Source of the DNA: Lama guanicoe
Taxonomy: Eukaryota
DNA: 64,000 nt
Direction: 5' to 3'
NCBI GenBank assembly: GCA_013239625.1
Contig: MU054391.1
Location: 6,221,824 to 6,285,823 of the forward strand
Shown here: piece by piece, positions 1 through 13,550 of the stretch
How positions within the stretch are numbered: position 1 is the stretch's first letter
How the letters are laid out: every line of letters begins with the position of its first letter
The notes under the pieces: model-generated
The model's database searches: none
What the model was told of the DNA's origin: nothing
What the model saw: the letters and a program-made list of their open reading frames with translations, nothing else
Translations under genes and position numbers: made by a program

Positions 1-159
1 CCGTCTCCACTTGGCGCTAGAAACCAAGCAGGGCCCTGGTGGGATGGGGAATGGGTCTGAGATCGAGCAAGCCGACGACAGGCATGGCTCCCTTTCTAAA
101 GGCTTGTCCACGTCTTCCTGCCCATTTGCCGGACACTTCCTAAGAAGAGTCTGGTGAGT

Positions 160-560
160 GCAGGGTTACGTTACACACTGGCTTGAGCAACAGGGAAAAA
201 CTGATCATCTCACACAACCTGAAGTCTCAAGGAAGGGAGGCTCCAGTTTCATTCACTCAGAGCCTCAGGAACAACACCGGAGACCCAAGTCTTTATCTTT
301 CTTGATTCCGTGCTCAGGGAGTGGGCTTAGCTCCCCTTGTGGTTCCAAGATGGGCCTGGTTCTTTGGCATCAGTACCGATAAAACATAGGCTGGTGGACA
401 GTGGGAAAGGACGTCTCTTCCTCTGTGTCTCTTTATCCAACAAATACTCTCCCCCAGCAGACTTCTCTTCCTGTCTCATTGGACAGAATGTACCACACTG
501 TCTTGCCTTCTCCATCCCAGAAAGGAGAGTAGGACCCCCATGGTTGACTTAAACTGATTA
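160..560 (-). mobile_element. Old MaLR LTR fragment (MLT1J/K/L-like)
   Basis: Resembles the antisense of old MLT1 consensus (ctggcttgagcaacaggg...catctcacacaac, ccaagatgg, cccagcagacttctcttcctgtctcattggacagaa). Ends approximate. Confidence 0.5.
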
Positions 561-632
561 CAACCCACTCCCTAGCGCTGGAGATGGGCTCAGGCCTCCC
601 CGGAAGAGCATGGCTACTTGGAAGATGCTGTC

Positions 633-1093
633 TGTTATGGATTAAATTGTGCCCCCTCCCCAACTCTGGTCCTAAGCCCTAGAACCTCAGAATGGAATCT
701 TATTTCAAGATAGGATTTTGACTGACATAATCAAGTTAAATGAGATCATTAGGACGGGCCCTAATCCAATAAGACTGGCGTCCTTGTGAAATGGGGAGAT
801 TTAGGCAGAGGCAGCACAGAGGGAAGACACAGGAGAAGGCTATGGGGAGGTAAAGATGGAGATAGAGACAATGCTTCTACACGTCAGGGAACACCAAAGC
901 TTGCCGGAACCCCCCTGGGAGCTAGGGGAGAGACCTGGGACAGACTGTTCCCTCACAGCCCCCAGAAGGAATGAACCCTGCTGACACCTTGGTCTTGGAC
1001 ATCCAGCCTCCGGAGCTATGAGGGAATACACTTCTGTTGTTTAAGCTCCCCGTCTGCGCTACTTTGTTACGTCAGCCCTAGCAAACAAATGTA
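633..1093 (+). mobile_element. MaLR solo LTR (MLT1B/C-like)
   Basis: Starts TGTTATGGATTAAATTGTG and contains gggccctaatccaat, gaaccctgctgacaccttggtcttggac and ttctgttgtttaagc. Flanked by a perfect 5-bp TSD CTGTC (628-632 and 1094-1098). Confidence 0.9.
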
Positions 1094-1554
1094 CTGTCTG
1101 CCAGAAGGGAGTAGCGGACAGCGGCCTAGAATAAACCACGTGGGGAGGAACCTCAGATTTCTCCAGGACTCCCGAGCTTGTTGTGAAGAAAGAATAGAGA
1201 TCACGTGTGCGCAGGGGCTCACTGTCAAAGCTCAATACAAGTTGTCATAAAGCTTTTAAGGCTGGGAGCCCCAGAGCTCAGCTCCCGTGTGGTGGTGTAT
1301 TTCAAGACAGTCCAAACAGAAATTCCTGTCTTCCCTTGCTGCTTCTCAAGCGTCGAGGTGGGGTCCATCCATCGCCATCTCCACACTCTGTCTCCAGCTG
1401 GTGAAACGCCTGGGACCTGCTTACTCCCCTCCCTGGAAGAGCCTCCTCTCCCGCCCTCAGCAGACTGCCAGACCTGTGCTCCTGCGGGGGCTGGGCCCCG
1501 CCCCTTCACAGCCCTGCTTCCCACACCCCTCCTCCCCTCTTTCCAGGGTCCCTT

Positions 1555-2179
1555 TGATGCAGGAATGTGGGATATGAGGAGGGCCGAGTCCCTAGTCTAG
1601 GTTGAACCCCTGGGACGTGCCCTGCCAAGTGTGGGTCCTTGGCTTTGCGAAGGAAAGAATTCAACTGCGAGCCACCGTTAAGTTAAGGTAGATTTATTTA
1701 GAGAGATATATACTAGACAGAGTATAAGGCAAGAGAAAGGCAAGGAGAGAGGTGTGGAATTGGGTGCTCAGGTTAAAATAGAAGTAGGTACACACTCCAT
1801 AGACAGAGTGCGGGCCGTCTCCAAAAGGGAGAGAGTGCGCAAAGGGCCACTAGGCGCGGTGTTGTCACTTTTTATGGTCTCAGTAGCTTCACACGCCTAC
1901 AGGTGGGATCATTCCAACTGCCCTGGGGAAGGAGCTGGGATTCCCAGGGATTGGGCCACTGCCCATTCTTTGGCCTTTTGCTGTTAGCCTTGGGGCTGTC
2001 ATGGCGCCTGCGGGCATGTTATTTGATCATGCTGTTACAATGGGCATATAATGAAGCTCAAGATCTATTAGAAGTCAAACCTCTTAATCCTCAAGGCCAA
2101 CTGGGAGGTGAATCTTCTACCATTTTGGTTGCTGTCATTCCTTGAGTCACTATACCCTGCCCTCTTTCCTCCTGTCTCA
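1555..2179 (-). mobile_element. ERV1-class solo LTR (625 bp)
   Basis: TG...CA termini with a 4-bp TSD CCTT (1551-1554 and 2180-2183). On the minus strand, a TATA-like CATAAAAA (~1870) precedes AATAAA (~1695). Confidence 0.85.
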
Positions 2180-2769
2180 CCTTGGGGCCACTGGTGTCCA
2201 TTCTGCCTGTTCATCTTGTGCCAGAGTTTGGGAGGAAGGAGGACCACCTTCCTGGAGGAAGGGACAAGGGTGGATTTTGGGATGAGACAAAATTGCTCAA
2301 AAAGTATTCAGTGACTCAGTTAGAGAGGGGCTTACTTAAAAATGTAAGGGTCTGGAATTTCAGGGTCTGGGATAAACATCTTCACTAACCGTCCAGGGCG
2401 GTAGCTACTGCATGGTTACTTGTAAATACCTTCAAAACTCAGCAGACATCGTATACATCAAAGGTCTCCTCTTATCTGCTGCTGCCTCTCCCAGAGCCGC
2501 ACCCAAAAATGCTCTCTGGGTTGGGACTGCCTAACAGATCGGTGATGGGCCAGGAACTGGAGGAGGCCGGAAGTTCCAGGAAGAGCCCAGCTGAGAGCCA
2601 ATGTGAGCTGGAAGAGTCAAAGAAAAGAAAGAGGTGAGACAAATTGGATTTTACAAAGACAGCTGCCCCAGTATGTCTCGCCACCCCCGCCAAGAAGTGA
2701 AGTGGAATCTGGGCAGGCTTGTGACCTATTTAAACCTAGAGAGGGTGACAAAGATGGTGCAGCTTCTAC

Positions 2770-3170
2770 CTCGCTAACTGGGATGCTCACCTTTGGAACC
2801 GTCACCCTGTAGGAGTGAGGCTACCCTGAGGCCACCACTGAGGGAGAAACCCCAGGCCACGTGGAAAGCCCGTGTGCAGGTGTTCTGACCTGACCTCCCA
2901 GCTGATCACCAGCACCAACTCAGGCACATGAGGACACCAACAGATAACATCCCTCCCCAGGCCATGAAATCTGGATGTCATAGGACAGAGATAAACCCGG
3001 CACACAGCCCAGAATCTGTGCACATGATAGATGGATGTTTTACCTGCTAAAATTGGGGGTATTTGTGCACGAGGTCCTGGGTTCAATCCCTAGTACCTCC
3101 ATGAAAAAAGAATGATAATAAAATAAGATAAAGTTTGGAGTGTTTGTTATGCAGCGACATAAAACTGAGA
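2770..3170 (+). mobile_element. MaLR LTR fragment (MLT1F/G/H-like) interrupted by a SINE
   Basis: Contains ccaggccacgtggaaag and cccagaatctgtg, and the 3' end gtttggagtgtttgttatgcagc typical of MLT1. Confidence 0.6.
3067..3130 (+). mobile_element. 5'-truncated tRNA-derived SINE (camelid vic-1 type)
   Basis: gcacgaggtcctgggttcaatccctagtacctcc (B box) followed by an A-rich tail. Diverged 17-bp TSD at 3050-3066 vs 3131-3147 (13/17). Same family as 13472-13629. Confidence 0.8.
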
Positions 3171-3264
3171 GAGGCCATTGTAATATTCTTACAGAAGAAT
3201 TCTTAGCTAGGCCTTCACACCCTAGAAGGGAAGAGCCCAACTTCGGGATAAAATGTGTCACAGT

Positions 3265-3440
3265 AGAGCAGTTGGGAGAGCAGGCTCTGGGGACAGAGGG
3301 CCCGGGTCTGAATCCCAGCCGTCCCTGGCAGGTTCATTCATGTCCCCGAGTCTTAGTTTCCTTATCTTTAAATGGGTGAAAAGAAAAAGCTACGTCACAA
3401 GGTTGCCAGGGGAATTAAATGAGATAATTTATGCACAGCA
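3265..3440 (+). mobile_element. MIR SINE
   Basis: caggctctgg...gggtctgaatcccagc...cttagtttccttatctttaaatggg...gaattaaatgagataat. Confidence 0.7.
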
Positions 3441-3605
3441 CCAGCGTTATACCTCCTGCACTTGACCCTCAAAACAGAAAAGGTTCTAATACCCTCTCCT
3501 TGACACAAGATTGTTTTCTATAGTAACCTCTATTTAAAAAAAAAAAAAAAGAGCTTGATTTGCTCTTTAGGTTTAAAACAAAAATTAATTTTAAGAGAAG
3601 ACCCT

Positions 3606-4016
3606 ACATCCTGGAGGGTGTCATTCTGGGTGAAGTGGGCCAGAAAGAGAGGGAGAAATGCCACGTGAGATCCCTCATATGTGGAATCTAAAAAAAAAAA
3701 AAAAAAAAAAAAATAGATACGAAACAGAGGCAGACTCACGGACATGGAGTGCAAACTTGTGGTTGCTGGGGGTGGGGTGGGAAGGGATAGCCTGGGAGTT
3801 CAAAGTTTGTAGATACTGACAGGCATATGTAGAAAAGATAAACAGGATTACACGGGGAAGTGTATATAGGATCTTGTGGTAGCTCACAGCAAAAAAAAAT
3901 GTGACGGTGAATATATGTGTGTTTGTGCATAACTGAAGGATTGTGCTCTGCACTGGAATTTGACACAACATTGTAGAATGACTATAATTCAATAAAAAAT
4001 GTTTAAAAAATAAAAA
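3606..4016 (+). mobile_element. Young 5'-truncated LINE-1 (ORF2 end plus 3' UTR)
   Basis: Contains ctcatatgtggaatctaaaa, a G-rich 3' UTR tract, AATAAA and an A tail. Perfect 13-bp TSD AAGAGAAGACCCT (3593-3605 and 4017-4029) at a TT/AAGA endonuclease site. Confidence 0.93.
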
Positions 4017-5739
4017 AAGAGAAGACCCTTCAATTCTTAAGATCTTATTCAAATTAAGTTAAACATTTCACGAATGATCTAAAATGGGTACTTACCAAAC
4101 AAAAAGATGACGTCTTGCAGTTAACACTTCAGCTGTTTAAATTTTCGACACTGAAGCTGCGAGTGGAATGACAGAATTGCAGCAATTCAAGCTGTGTTCT
4201 TTGCTTTCACAACCTCTGTGATATCCAACTGTTTGGGACTGTCGGGACTGATGTCATAAAATCCCGGTGAACAGGGACAAGTTGGTCACCCACCGAAGCA
4301 TTGCCCCGCCATGAACAACACTCAAAGTGAACACAGTAGCCTCGTCTGTGGGAAGCGGGGCCCAGCTGTGGAACTGGGCGTTCTCTGAATTAATCTGGGT
4401 GCGGAATACAATGTGTATAATAGGGCAAGTCATGCAAACGTGAAGTTCACATCCATGTTATCAAAACTCAATCACACAGCAATTGTTTGGAACAAAGGAC
4501 TTTTCTTCAGGGAGGAGGATTTATCGTGATGTTGTTCAGAGCCGATGGGCATGTGACAATCACAGCAGAGCAGCTTTCAGTCAGTTTTATTATTGTTTTA
4601 AAAATTAGCTACAGACAGTGCGGGTCCTTATGGCCTGCACCTGGGCTCCGCTGTCCCAGCCTGAAGTCCCAGTCCCGGTCAGCGTGAAGCTGGCTCACGT
4701 CACAGCGAGCCTCGGGCTCACGGGAAAGCCCTTCCACCTCTGTGAGGCTGGGCTGTTATTTTGTAGGGTGGTTGGACACAGGGTTTTGTGGAGCTGTTGG
4801 TCATGGGTGGATTTGGCGAATTAAGTCCCCAGCTCAGGCCCCGTCATTTGGAAGGATCTCAACAGATGTCAGTTCTCAAACCTGCTTCTGTATCTCCCTG
4901 GGGCAGTTCCCTCTCCTGGGATAGCTGACCTTTTGATCTTTGCTGCATCTCAAACCAGGAAAACCTCAGTCACTGCATTCCTTCCAGCGGCTGTGCTTCT
5001 GGCCTCTCCGGAATCTCTTGGCTACATCTGGTCTTGTCTGGTCTCTGCCTCTTTGACAGATGGAATGTTAGCATCTGACACGTGCTGCCTTGTGACCCCA
5101 GGAGACTGCACTGTTCTTGGACCACGGGGGCATGTTTTCTCTTCACCGCACCCACGTAGAGACCGAAGCCCACAGTTTCCAGTAAGGCCCTCGGGTCAGA
5201 TGTTGGGGGTCCCATTCCATGCAGACTCTTGGTGCTAACTGTAAGGTAGACCCGTGGTCCCAGGCGGTACTAAGTTGAGTGCAGATCCTGGCTTGCCTGG
5301 TACAGTCAGCCCTGGTCAGCGCTGTTGTTCCAGCATGAAGTGCCCCTTTGCTCTCCACGCGTCCTGGTTTGGCTGACACGTCTCATTGTCCCTTCCCTCT
5401 AGGTGACCATCCCCTCTCGTCTTCCTGCTCTCTCAGGGCCTCGTCTGTACTCACCGCCTCTCTCACAGTCTCGCTCCAGAATGCACCAGCTGAACCTCGG
5501 GCCGAGCTGCGCGCCGTCCTCTGCCATCCTGGACTCCCTGCTGCCAGAGTTCGCGCAGACGAGTCCGAGCGGATGGCTTCAGTGCTGTTACTCTGCTTTT
5601 AACCCAAAGCAGCACTTTGAGAGCTCCGGAGCAGGACACCTCGCAGGAGGAGGCGGAGAGCCACGGGTGGCCAAGAACTTTCAAAAGCGTATTTGTTTAG
5701 GCTGCAGGGCCATGACAATAGCTCTCTCTTATAACTAAA

Positions 5740-6350
5740 CCAAGTAAAAATCGGTACATTTGCTGAATAGCAATCTGGCAGTAAGTATCCAAAACCTTAA
5801 AAATGCCATTTCTTTTATTCTGGTAATCCCACTTTTAGGACTGTATCCCAAGGATAGACTCTGAAAAGCATTCGAAGTTTTACGCACAAGGGGATTCACA
5901 AAAACGCTGTTTATGATAACCCCCAAATGGAAACATTCCAAGTATCCAACGTGAATGGAATGGTAATAAAATTATGCTGTAGCCATAGAATGAAATAGTA
6001 TTCAATCTGTAAAATCGTGCTTATGAATGTTTCTTAATGATATGGAGAAATGTTGTGCTATATTGTAAAATGAAGACATTTATAAAATTGTGTATCTGGT
6101 GAGAATTTTTTTTTTGTTGTGGTAAGGATACATATATCATCTACCTTTGTAACTGTTTTTAAGTATACAATCCATGGCATTAAGTACATTCGCAAGGTTG
6201 TACAGCTGTCACTATTATCCATTTCCAAAACTTTTTCATCAGCCCAAACAAAACAGTAAATTTTTATCCTGTAAATATATATGAATGGATGGAATTTTTA
6301 TTCTCTTTTTTATGCTGTTCTGTGTTATCTAACTTTGAATCAACAAGCAA
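5740..6350. mobile_element. Old L1M fragments (sense piece ~5740-6090, antisense 3' end ~6105-6255)
   Basis: gtaatcccacttttaggactgtatcccaagg on the plus strand. aagtatacaatccatggcattaagtacatt is a typical antisense L1M 3' end. Confidence 0.6.
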
Positions 6351-7769
6351 ATTTCTTTGTTGATTTAAGACATACTTAAAATACTATCAAATGGGAGAAA
6401 CACCAGCTTTGTCTTCAAAATAACATTATTAAGTGCTACCTCCAACACTTTGGAATGACTTTGGACACTTGTCTTTGCTACAGTGAAATTTATCAAGAGA
6501 GTCAGGAAGTGTCAGTTCAGTTTTCCTTCAACATCTTTGAATATGTGTACATCGTACTTATTTAACTGTGTCTTCCCCTCAAGACTGAGCTCAGAGATGG
6601 AGTCAGAGTTTTAAGAGCTGACGCTGTGTCTCCTTCGTTGCCGAGAGTTCCCAGTGTGCTGTAAGGGGTAAGTTTTCAGTAAATGTTTGTTCAAAGAAAG
6701 ATGTTAAAAACGTTGTGACAAAGAAGGGAAGTTTTTTCCAGACACTTGGACACTGAAAATTTAGGTTCATGCCTTGAATTTCCAGTTGAATTTGCTCGTT
6801 GCAAATGATCATAGAGATTTTCATTATTTTGTTTTCTCTTTTCTGGCCGCACGGCCGAGGATGTTCTGATAGCTGTCATGCCAGTTTGTACTAAAGAGGC
6901 AGCTCCTTTCGCCTCCTCCTCCACCCCTTCTAGAGCACAGGTACCTCCCACAGTCTTGGAATAAATCTAGCCTCAGGCTCCAGCGGTTGGACGTGGGGAA
7001 GATACCAGACCCAGACCTAGACCCACGGGGCCGAATTCTGCTGGGCCTGAGGCATGGCCTGGACTGTTGACGTGAGGGCTGGCACCCTGGTGCCATAGGC
7101 CTGGAGGCTGTGTGCAGGCAGCTGAGGGAACCACACCAGCCATGTGCACAGAGCAGAATGACCCTGTGGCCGAGACAGCAGGAAAAGGGAACCTGGAGGG
7201 GCCAGTGGGGTGGCCACCCCAGGCCTGCGAGGGGCTATTTTCTGCCTTGCCAGGGCAGAGCCACCTCAGTCAGGTTTCATGAGATCGCCCCAGCTCCTTA
7301 GAATAAACCTCCCTTTGCTTCCTCTAGGTCACTTTCGCTCCTTGAAAGCAGACATGCCCTTGGAATAAAGAGGAACATTTTTCTGGCAGATTTGGTTTAT
7401 AATGATCTCTTCACCACTGCATTTCCAAGGCTAAACATACATGCAAAGTGAAAAACCAGAGACTGCCTGTAATTCCTTTGTGTCTCCAGCGTGTCCCCCC
7501 GCTAAGCAAGCTTTACCCTGGAACTCGTCCTGGGCAGGACGGATTTGACACCATGATGCGGCCAGCAAACTCCTCCCCGTAGAATGCAGGACACCGTCCC
7601 CAGGTCTAGGTTTTCTGGCTGCACCTAGACTTGCAGACTGCTCACGTGCTGTGTGGCTCAGGCCTTTCTGATTGGCTTCCTGGGTCCATACTAAATACTC
7701 CTTTCCCCAGCTCCTGCCGGTGGTGCTCACTGTCTAGGCCAAGGCCATCTGATTCTGCAACCCGGTAGT

Positions 7770-7930
7770 GTTCTATTTTCTCAGAGTCGAGTATAGCATC
7801 TGCCACTATGACTTCTGAGCACTTGAAATGTACCTAGAGTGACCGAGAAATCAAATTTGTAATTGCATTTAATTTTAATTCGTTTAAACAGCCATGCCTG
7901 GCTGCTGGTTAACCTGTTAGATGTTGCAGC
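7770..7930. mobile_element. hAT-Charlie MER3/MER33-like DNA transposon fragment
   Basis: ctgagcacttgaaatgt...tttaattttaatt...cagccatgcctggct. Confidence 0.6.
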
Positions 7931-9489
7931 TCTAGGCCAAAGCTATGAAGGATGATGTCAGATATACAAGTAGTGACATATCCAATAGCATTTGCATTTT
8001 GAAGACCACCTGAACTTGCTAGGACCGTGGTCCCCTTTCAACTTGGCCCTTCAACAACTGTGCCCTAGGGCCAGGACTCTGACAGCACTAGAGACAGAAC
8101 ATTCCTTGGAAGGTCTGTTAACTCAGCACTTCAGAAGCAAGTGGGAACGGCTCCCCAAGTCACAGGCCACGCCCCCCTCAGCTCTGACCTCCCTTTGGAA
8201 TAAAGCACCCCTGTGAGCTGTCGTACACCGCCAGAGTCTGAGAGCCACCCCATGACATAATTTTCACTTTAAAGCCGCTTTTTCATGCTGCTGGACAAAG
8301 GTAATTCTTCCTGCTGGTAAAACCAAACCCTTTATTACACTAAGTGGACTCCCAGCTAAGCATTACTTTTGTGAAGGATACACTTCACAGAAGTGAATAA
8401 AGGATCCAGAAGGATGCTGAGCTGCAGATTTAAGCACAGGGGCAGCCTATGTGACACGGTCACACCTCCGTGAATTCACAAGTGGACAACTCCCAGTGAC
8501 ATCATTGAGTGAGGCTCACAGAGCAGCCTTGTGGCCCAGACTGTGGACCACAGTGGGAGATGGCTCCTGACGGCTTAATTGCACGTGTGCACTGGGGCCT
8601 AGGGGGTAAGAATGACCAGGTCTGGCCGCACCCGGCCGCAGCAGCAGCCGGTGCCCCGCCTCCCTCACCGGGAACAGGCTGGGAGCCCGAAGGCCTGGTT
8701 TCTAGCCCTGGCCCTGCCATGTTCTGGTTGTTTTTCAGCCAAGTCCTTTCCCTGTTCCAAACCTCACTTTTCCTGCCTATAAAATGGGAAGGCGGGATGA
8801 CCGGCCCAGAGAGCTCGCACAATGCCAACTTTCTCCAGATTTAAAGTGAAGCAAAGGGAGGGAAAAGATTTGCTCCATGAGGTGAGCGGCTGAGTCGGGC
8901 AGGGGCCTCTTGTGCAAAGCAGAGCTGCCCTTTGGGCACTTTGCAAATGCTGGCTTTGACCCACCTTTATGGAAAAATAAACCAGTGACAGGTTAGCAGA
9001 TTGCCAGTAATTTTGGCCAGAAAATCTCTTTCTCCTGGGAGAAGAGCCTGGATTTTTGAGGCAGAAAATCTTGGACTCCCAAGATCTGAATCGTTCTCTG
9101 TTGAAAAGCTGTGTGACTTCGGGCACATCACAACGTCTCTGGGCCTCAGTTTCTTCCTGTATCAAATGGAATGACAGTATCTAGCTTCCAAGGCTGTCAT
9201 TTCTTTGCTTGCTTCATGTCTGCCTTTAACTCACACAAAATAACAATGACAGTATCAGTATTGGTCAGAGTTGATAATCAGATGCTAGGGCCACACCAGG
9301 TGTTCACATATTGAAATAATTCTGCAGCCTTGAGCCCTGTGACAGCTGCCCCTGCCCCTCCTTGGGACCCTTCCTCCCTCCCCGCCTCCTTCCATGATGC
9401 AGCAAAGAAAGAGCGGCTTCCTGTCCCTCAGGGGGCCCGTGGGACTCTGGCCAGTGCATATGTGGTACCAGTTGGGTTTTTTTTGTTGT

Positions 9490-9700
9490 TGTTTCAATTA
9501 ACAACTTTAATTTTCAGAGCAGATTCAGATTTATAGAAGAATCGTGCAGAAGATACATACTTCTCGTATACCCCTCCCCTGCCCACCTCCTTCTCCCTAC
9601 TATTAACATCTTGCATTACTGTTGTGCATTTGTTATATTGAAGTGTCAAGGCACCACCGTTAACTCAAGCACACAATCTCCACCAGGGCTTACTTCTCAC
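9490..9700 (-). mobile_element. L1MC/MD-like 3' end fragment
   Basis: actttaattttcagagcagattcagatttatagaa...ctattaacatcttgcatta. Confidence 0.6.
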
Positions 9701-9879
9701 CTAGTAAGTTGTTCACTGTTTTTCACACGCCCTCGGTACCACTAACGGCCAGTGTGCCAGACACCCACTCTTCCAGACGCTTCCACACAGCCTCATTTAA
9801 CCCCCACGTGTTTTAGCTCAGGCAAAAAGAGAAAATGAACATTTTGTTTGTTTCACAAGACTGCTGTCCCAGAATGAAG

Positions 9880-10215
9880 CATCTGAGCTGAACACGAAGA
9901 TCATCTAGGGAGCTTCTTAAGATATGTCAATGCCCAGGCCCTCACCTAGACGATGAAAGCAGAACCTTTTGGAAGGGAGTGGGTGGAGCCCAAGCATGAG
10001 TCTTGAAGCCCCCCAGGTGACCCTCTTGTGTTGCCGGGGATGAGGACCACGGCTCCCTAGCCTTGCCCTTCACATGGAGGTCACGTGTCCAGCAGCAGCT
10101 CTGGGGGCTTGGTAGAAATGCAGACTCTCAGGCCCCACCCCAGAGCTAGGGAGCCAGACCTGTGTTTTAACAAGGCCCAGGTGATGTGCGTGCACCCGGA
10201 CATCAGAGAAGCGAA
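9880..10215. mobile_element. Two adjacent MER5-family (hAT-Charlie) fragments
   Basis: ggggagcttcttaag...cccaggccctcacc...cccaggtgac, then tagaaatgcagactctcaggccccacccc...ttttaacaag...caggtgat. Confidence 0.65.
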
Positions 10216-11299
10216 GATCTGGAGCAGAGATACTGTTGGTCTTCCAGAGGTTAGGGCTCCTGTGCAAAGATGAGAAGTGATACCGAGTGAACTCTTCTTA
10301 CAATTTCAGGACCTCCCCCTCCCTTACAGCCCACCCACGTGACAGGTAACGGGCCCCACTCTAGGTCTACATGTTTGCACATTAAAAAATTGTCCAAGCT
10401 CCACAGGAAAAAAAGTTGTATGTGCTGTGACATCATCTTTGTATGTTACTACATGCTTACGAGCATGAAATAAAGGAGGGGAGTGTTTTCACTTTTTATA
10501 TTTCCAAACTTCAAAAAAAAAAATGAAAACCTTGTCTTTTATTTTATTAGGCTCTTCCTTTTGAGCTCACAGTGTGTGGATGGGAGGGGTACTCTTCTGA
10601 GGCGGTGGTGGGTCTAAGCATTTGCATGATGGTTTATTTTGTTATAAAGAAAACAGTATCCCACCCCTGGAAGAGCCTGCACCCCAAAGGCATTTGGCTG
10701 CGCTCTCCAGGTTTCCTTAGTTCTCTGACATGTACCTGGTGCTTCTAGTTCACGAGACGCTGCCATGGGCTCCGTGTTCTTTAACTCTTGACACAGCTCA
10801 GTGAAGCAAGAACTGTGTCAGAGAGAAGGAAACCGAATCTCGGGGAAATTCCATACTGTCAGTCAGACCACAGGACGCAGATCCAGGCTCCAGATTCTAG
10901 ATGGTGACCAAAAATATACCTCTTTGGACCCACAACTGAAGAGCAAGCATGTAGTTGAGGCACAGTAAATGTCTTCAGATTGAATGAACAAATTAAGGGG
11001 AGGGAACAAGGCTCCCTGGTTCCCTACGTCCTGAGTTCTGTAAAGTTCTTGTGATGGTATCGGCAGAAACGACCAGGAACCATTATCTGCCTCCAGTGAC
11101 CCTCCCCTCCGTCTACTTCTTCCAACGTATACAGGTCAACTTTCAGATCTGACTCGAGTCCGCTGTGGTGAGTGGTGAAGGGGCTTCATTGCACTTGCTC
11201 CCACCCCCGACCCCACACCCCTTACCGTGATGGCTGAGAGTGGGCCCAGCAGGCTGAGGGGTCATGAGGTTCAAGATGGTGGCGCCAGGGAAAGTGACA

Positions 11300-11455
11300 G
11301 TTTTCTTTAAAGATTGTGGCAAAATCCACATAACATGAAATTTACCATTTCGAAGCGTATACTCAGTACATTTACTGTATTGTGTGACCAGCACCGCCAT
11401 CTACTCCCAGAGCTTTTTCATGTCCCCAAAGGAAACATCAGAGCCATCAAACAGC
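11300..11455 (-). mobile_element. L1MA/MB-like 3' end fragment
   Basis: ttgtggcaaaatccacataacatgaaatttaccattt...agtacatttactgtattgtgtgacca. Confidence 0.7.
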
Positions 11456-13471
11456 CTGACAGTTTCAATGAGGAGAATTGTCTTCGACAAAAAGGAACAA
11501 GGGTGGGGGATCCTAGACTTCTGGCCAAGCACACCCCCTGCCAGTCACAGCCACGGCAGAGAGGGGGGTCCTGGGAAGGGGCTGCCTGCGTGGGGGTGGG
11601 TTTTCACCAAGGGCAGTGCCCTCTGTCATGTCCGTGGCTGCCTCAAATGTCTAACAGATGGGATGATGAAATGAATCACGGGCAGGTTTTCATGGCCTGG
11701 AATCCTACACAGTGACCGAAATGGTGTTCTCGGAGAGTGCTTCACTGCCAGGGGAAATATTTATTTACAATGCAGGGTTTAAACACAGGGAGCAGAACAC
11801 AGATGAATGCAATTTGGCCCAGTTTTTTTGGAAAGGGGGAAGGGAAGTAGTTCACACCAGGAGGAAAAGCATAAAATGTACATCACTTGGCAAGGGCTCT
11901 GCACCTGCCGGCCTGGGTTGGCGTCCAGGCTGCACTGCTGCCCAGATGGCCTGACCGATGGGTGCCCTTCATGTAACCTTGGGTGCCGGGGCCTCAGCTC
12001 AGCCGGGTGCCTGCCCACAGGAATGTGTGTCTGCCACGCCCTGAGAGCCCCGGAAAGCTTATTTCTCCCAGGTTTGATAGGGTTTCAGATACTCTTCATT
12101 TTTCTCTGATTTTGCCAAATTTTCTGTAGTAAGCAAGTTTGGGTTTTTATGATCATACATAATAAATGCGGTTTTTAAAAACAGGAGAGAATACCATTGT
12201 AGTTGGGGATCTGTACTTCTAAGCCAGATCGAGGAGGAACCAACCCCTCTGCTCACTCCTTTCATCGGCAAGCCATGGCGTGGAAGCTGGCTGAGCTTTG
12301 GGGTCTCGGGTCATTTTTGTCACCTGGCTTGAATGCAATGCTTCCCATTGGACCCAGGGCTGCACACAGGTGCACATGGACACACACCATCCTAGTTCTT
12401 TTACAGTCATGTTCTTTGTTATAGTCCAGAACCTGCTAGAAGGACCTGTTGCAGCGAAGAAATCTACTTCCCTTTAGTGGCAGGATTATATGACAGGAGT
12501 GTGGGAGTTCCGTCTAGGCACATGAACTTAGCACACATTTATTGAATTCTGCTACTCTCTAAACAAGAAAGGCAGAGAGCCCACAGATCAGGGGAGGACA
12601 GGGCCCCCAGGGGTTGGACTTGGGTGTGGTTGGCCAAGGCCAGGTCCTTGACTTTGCAGGCCCAGATACTCCGTACTGGTCAGGGCTCAAGGGACTGGCT
12701 CAGGCCAACTCAGGCAGGGAAGCCAAGACGGCAGCAGACCCACTGGGGATCTGAAGACAGAGGTGACCATGGGCATGCTGGGGTGCCAGCTGATGGCCAG
12801 CCCGGCTCTCCTTGGCCAAGGACATCACACTGTCAGAGGCTGCCTGGGGAACCCATGGCAAGGCTGGAGCCAGTATGGTAGCTGTGTGTACCTTTCCTGT
12901 GAGGGGCTGGTCATCTGGAGACTTGATGCTTCTGTCACTAGACAGGCCACTCGTGGGCAAAGTTGGGTGCACAGAACATGCCCGCCCAGACCCTGACTTC
13001 GCTGTGCCCACGGTCAGTTTGGTGGGGGAAAGGGGGTGCAGGACCTGTCCAATAGGCAGGGGCCCAGGATGCCTGGTCCAAGAGGCCCAGTGGCCCGGCT
13101 GGCCTGAGGCTCCAGTGCCTCCGCCTAACATTGCTTCAAGACAGCGTTTGGGGTCCAGTGTTAGGGGTTGTTCTTAGGGTGCTTCTGACAATGCTGGCCC
13201 AGAATGGGGACCAGGTGGGTCCCAGGACACCCCTCTGGTGAGAAGGAAGCTTCGCCCCTCTCCTTCCAGGCTCCCTGAACTTGCTGCCGTATCCTTCTCC
13301 CCCACCCACCGGCCCCTCTTCTTCCTCGAGGCACCTCCCAGGCCCAACGCTGCCTGGCCTCGCCAGCTTCCATGGGGTCAGGCTGGCTGGGCTCCCCATG
13401 GGGGACGCACCAGGACCACCCAGCCTGCTTGTGGCTGGAGCTGAGACAGGGCAAGTCCAAGAGGAGCTTTT

Positions 13472-13493
13472 TGAGTGTGTGTGATAATTAGGC

Positions 13494-13550
<57 letters not shown>

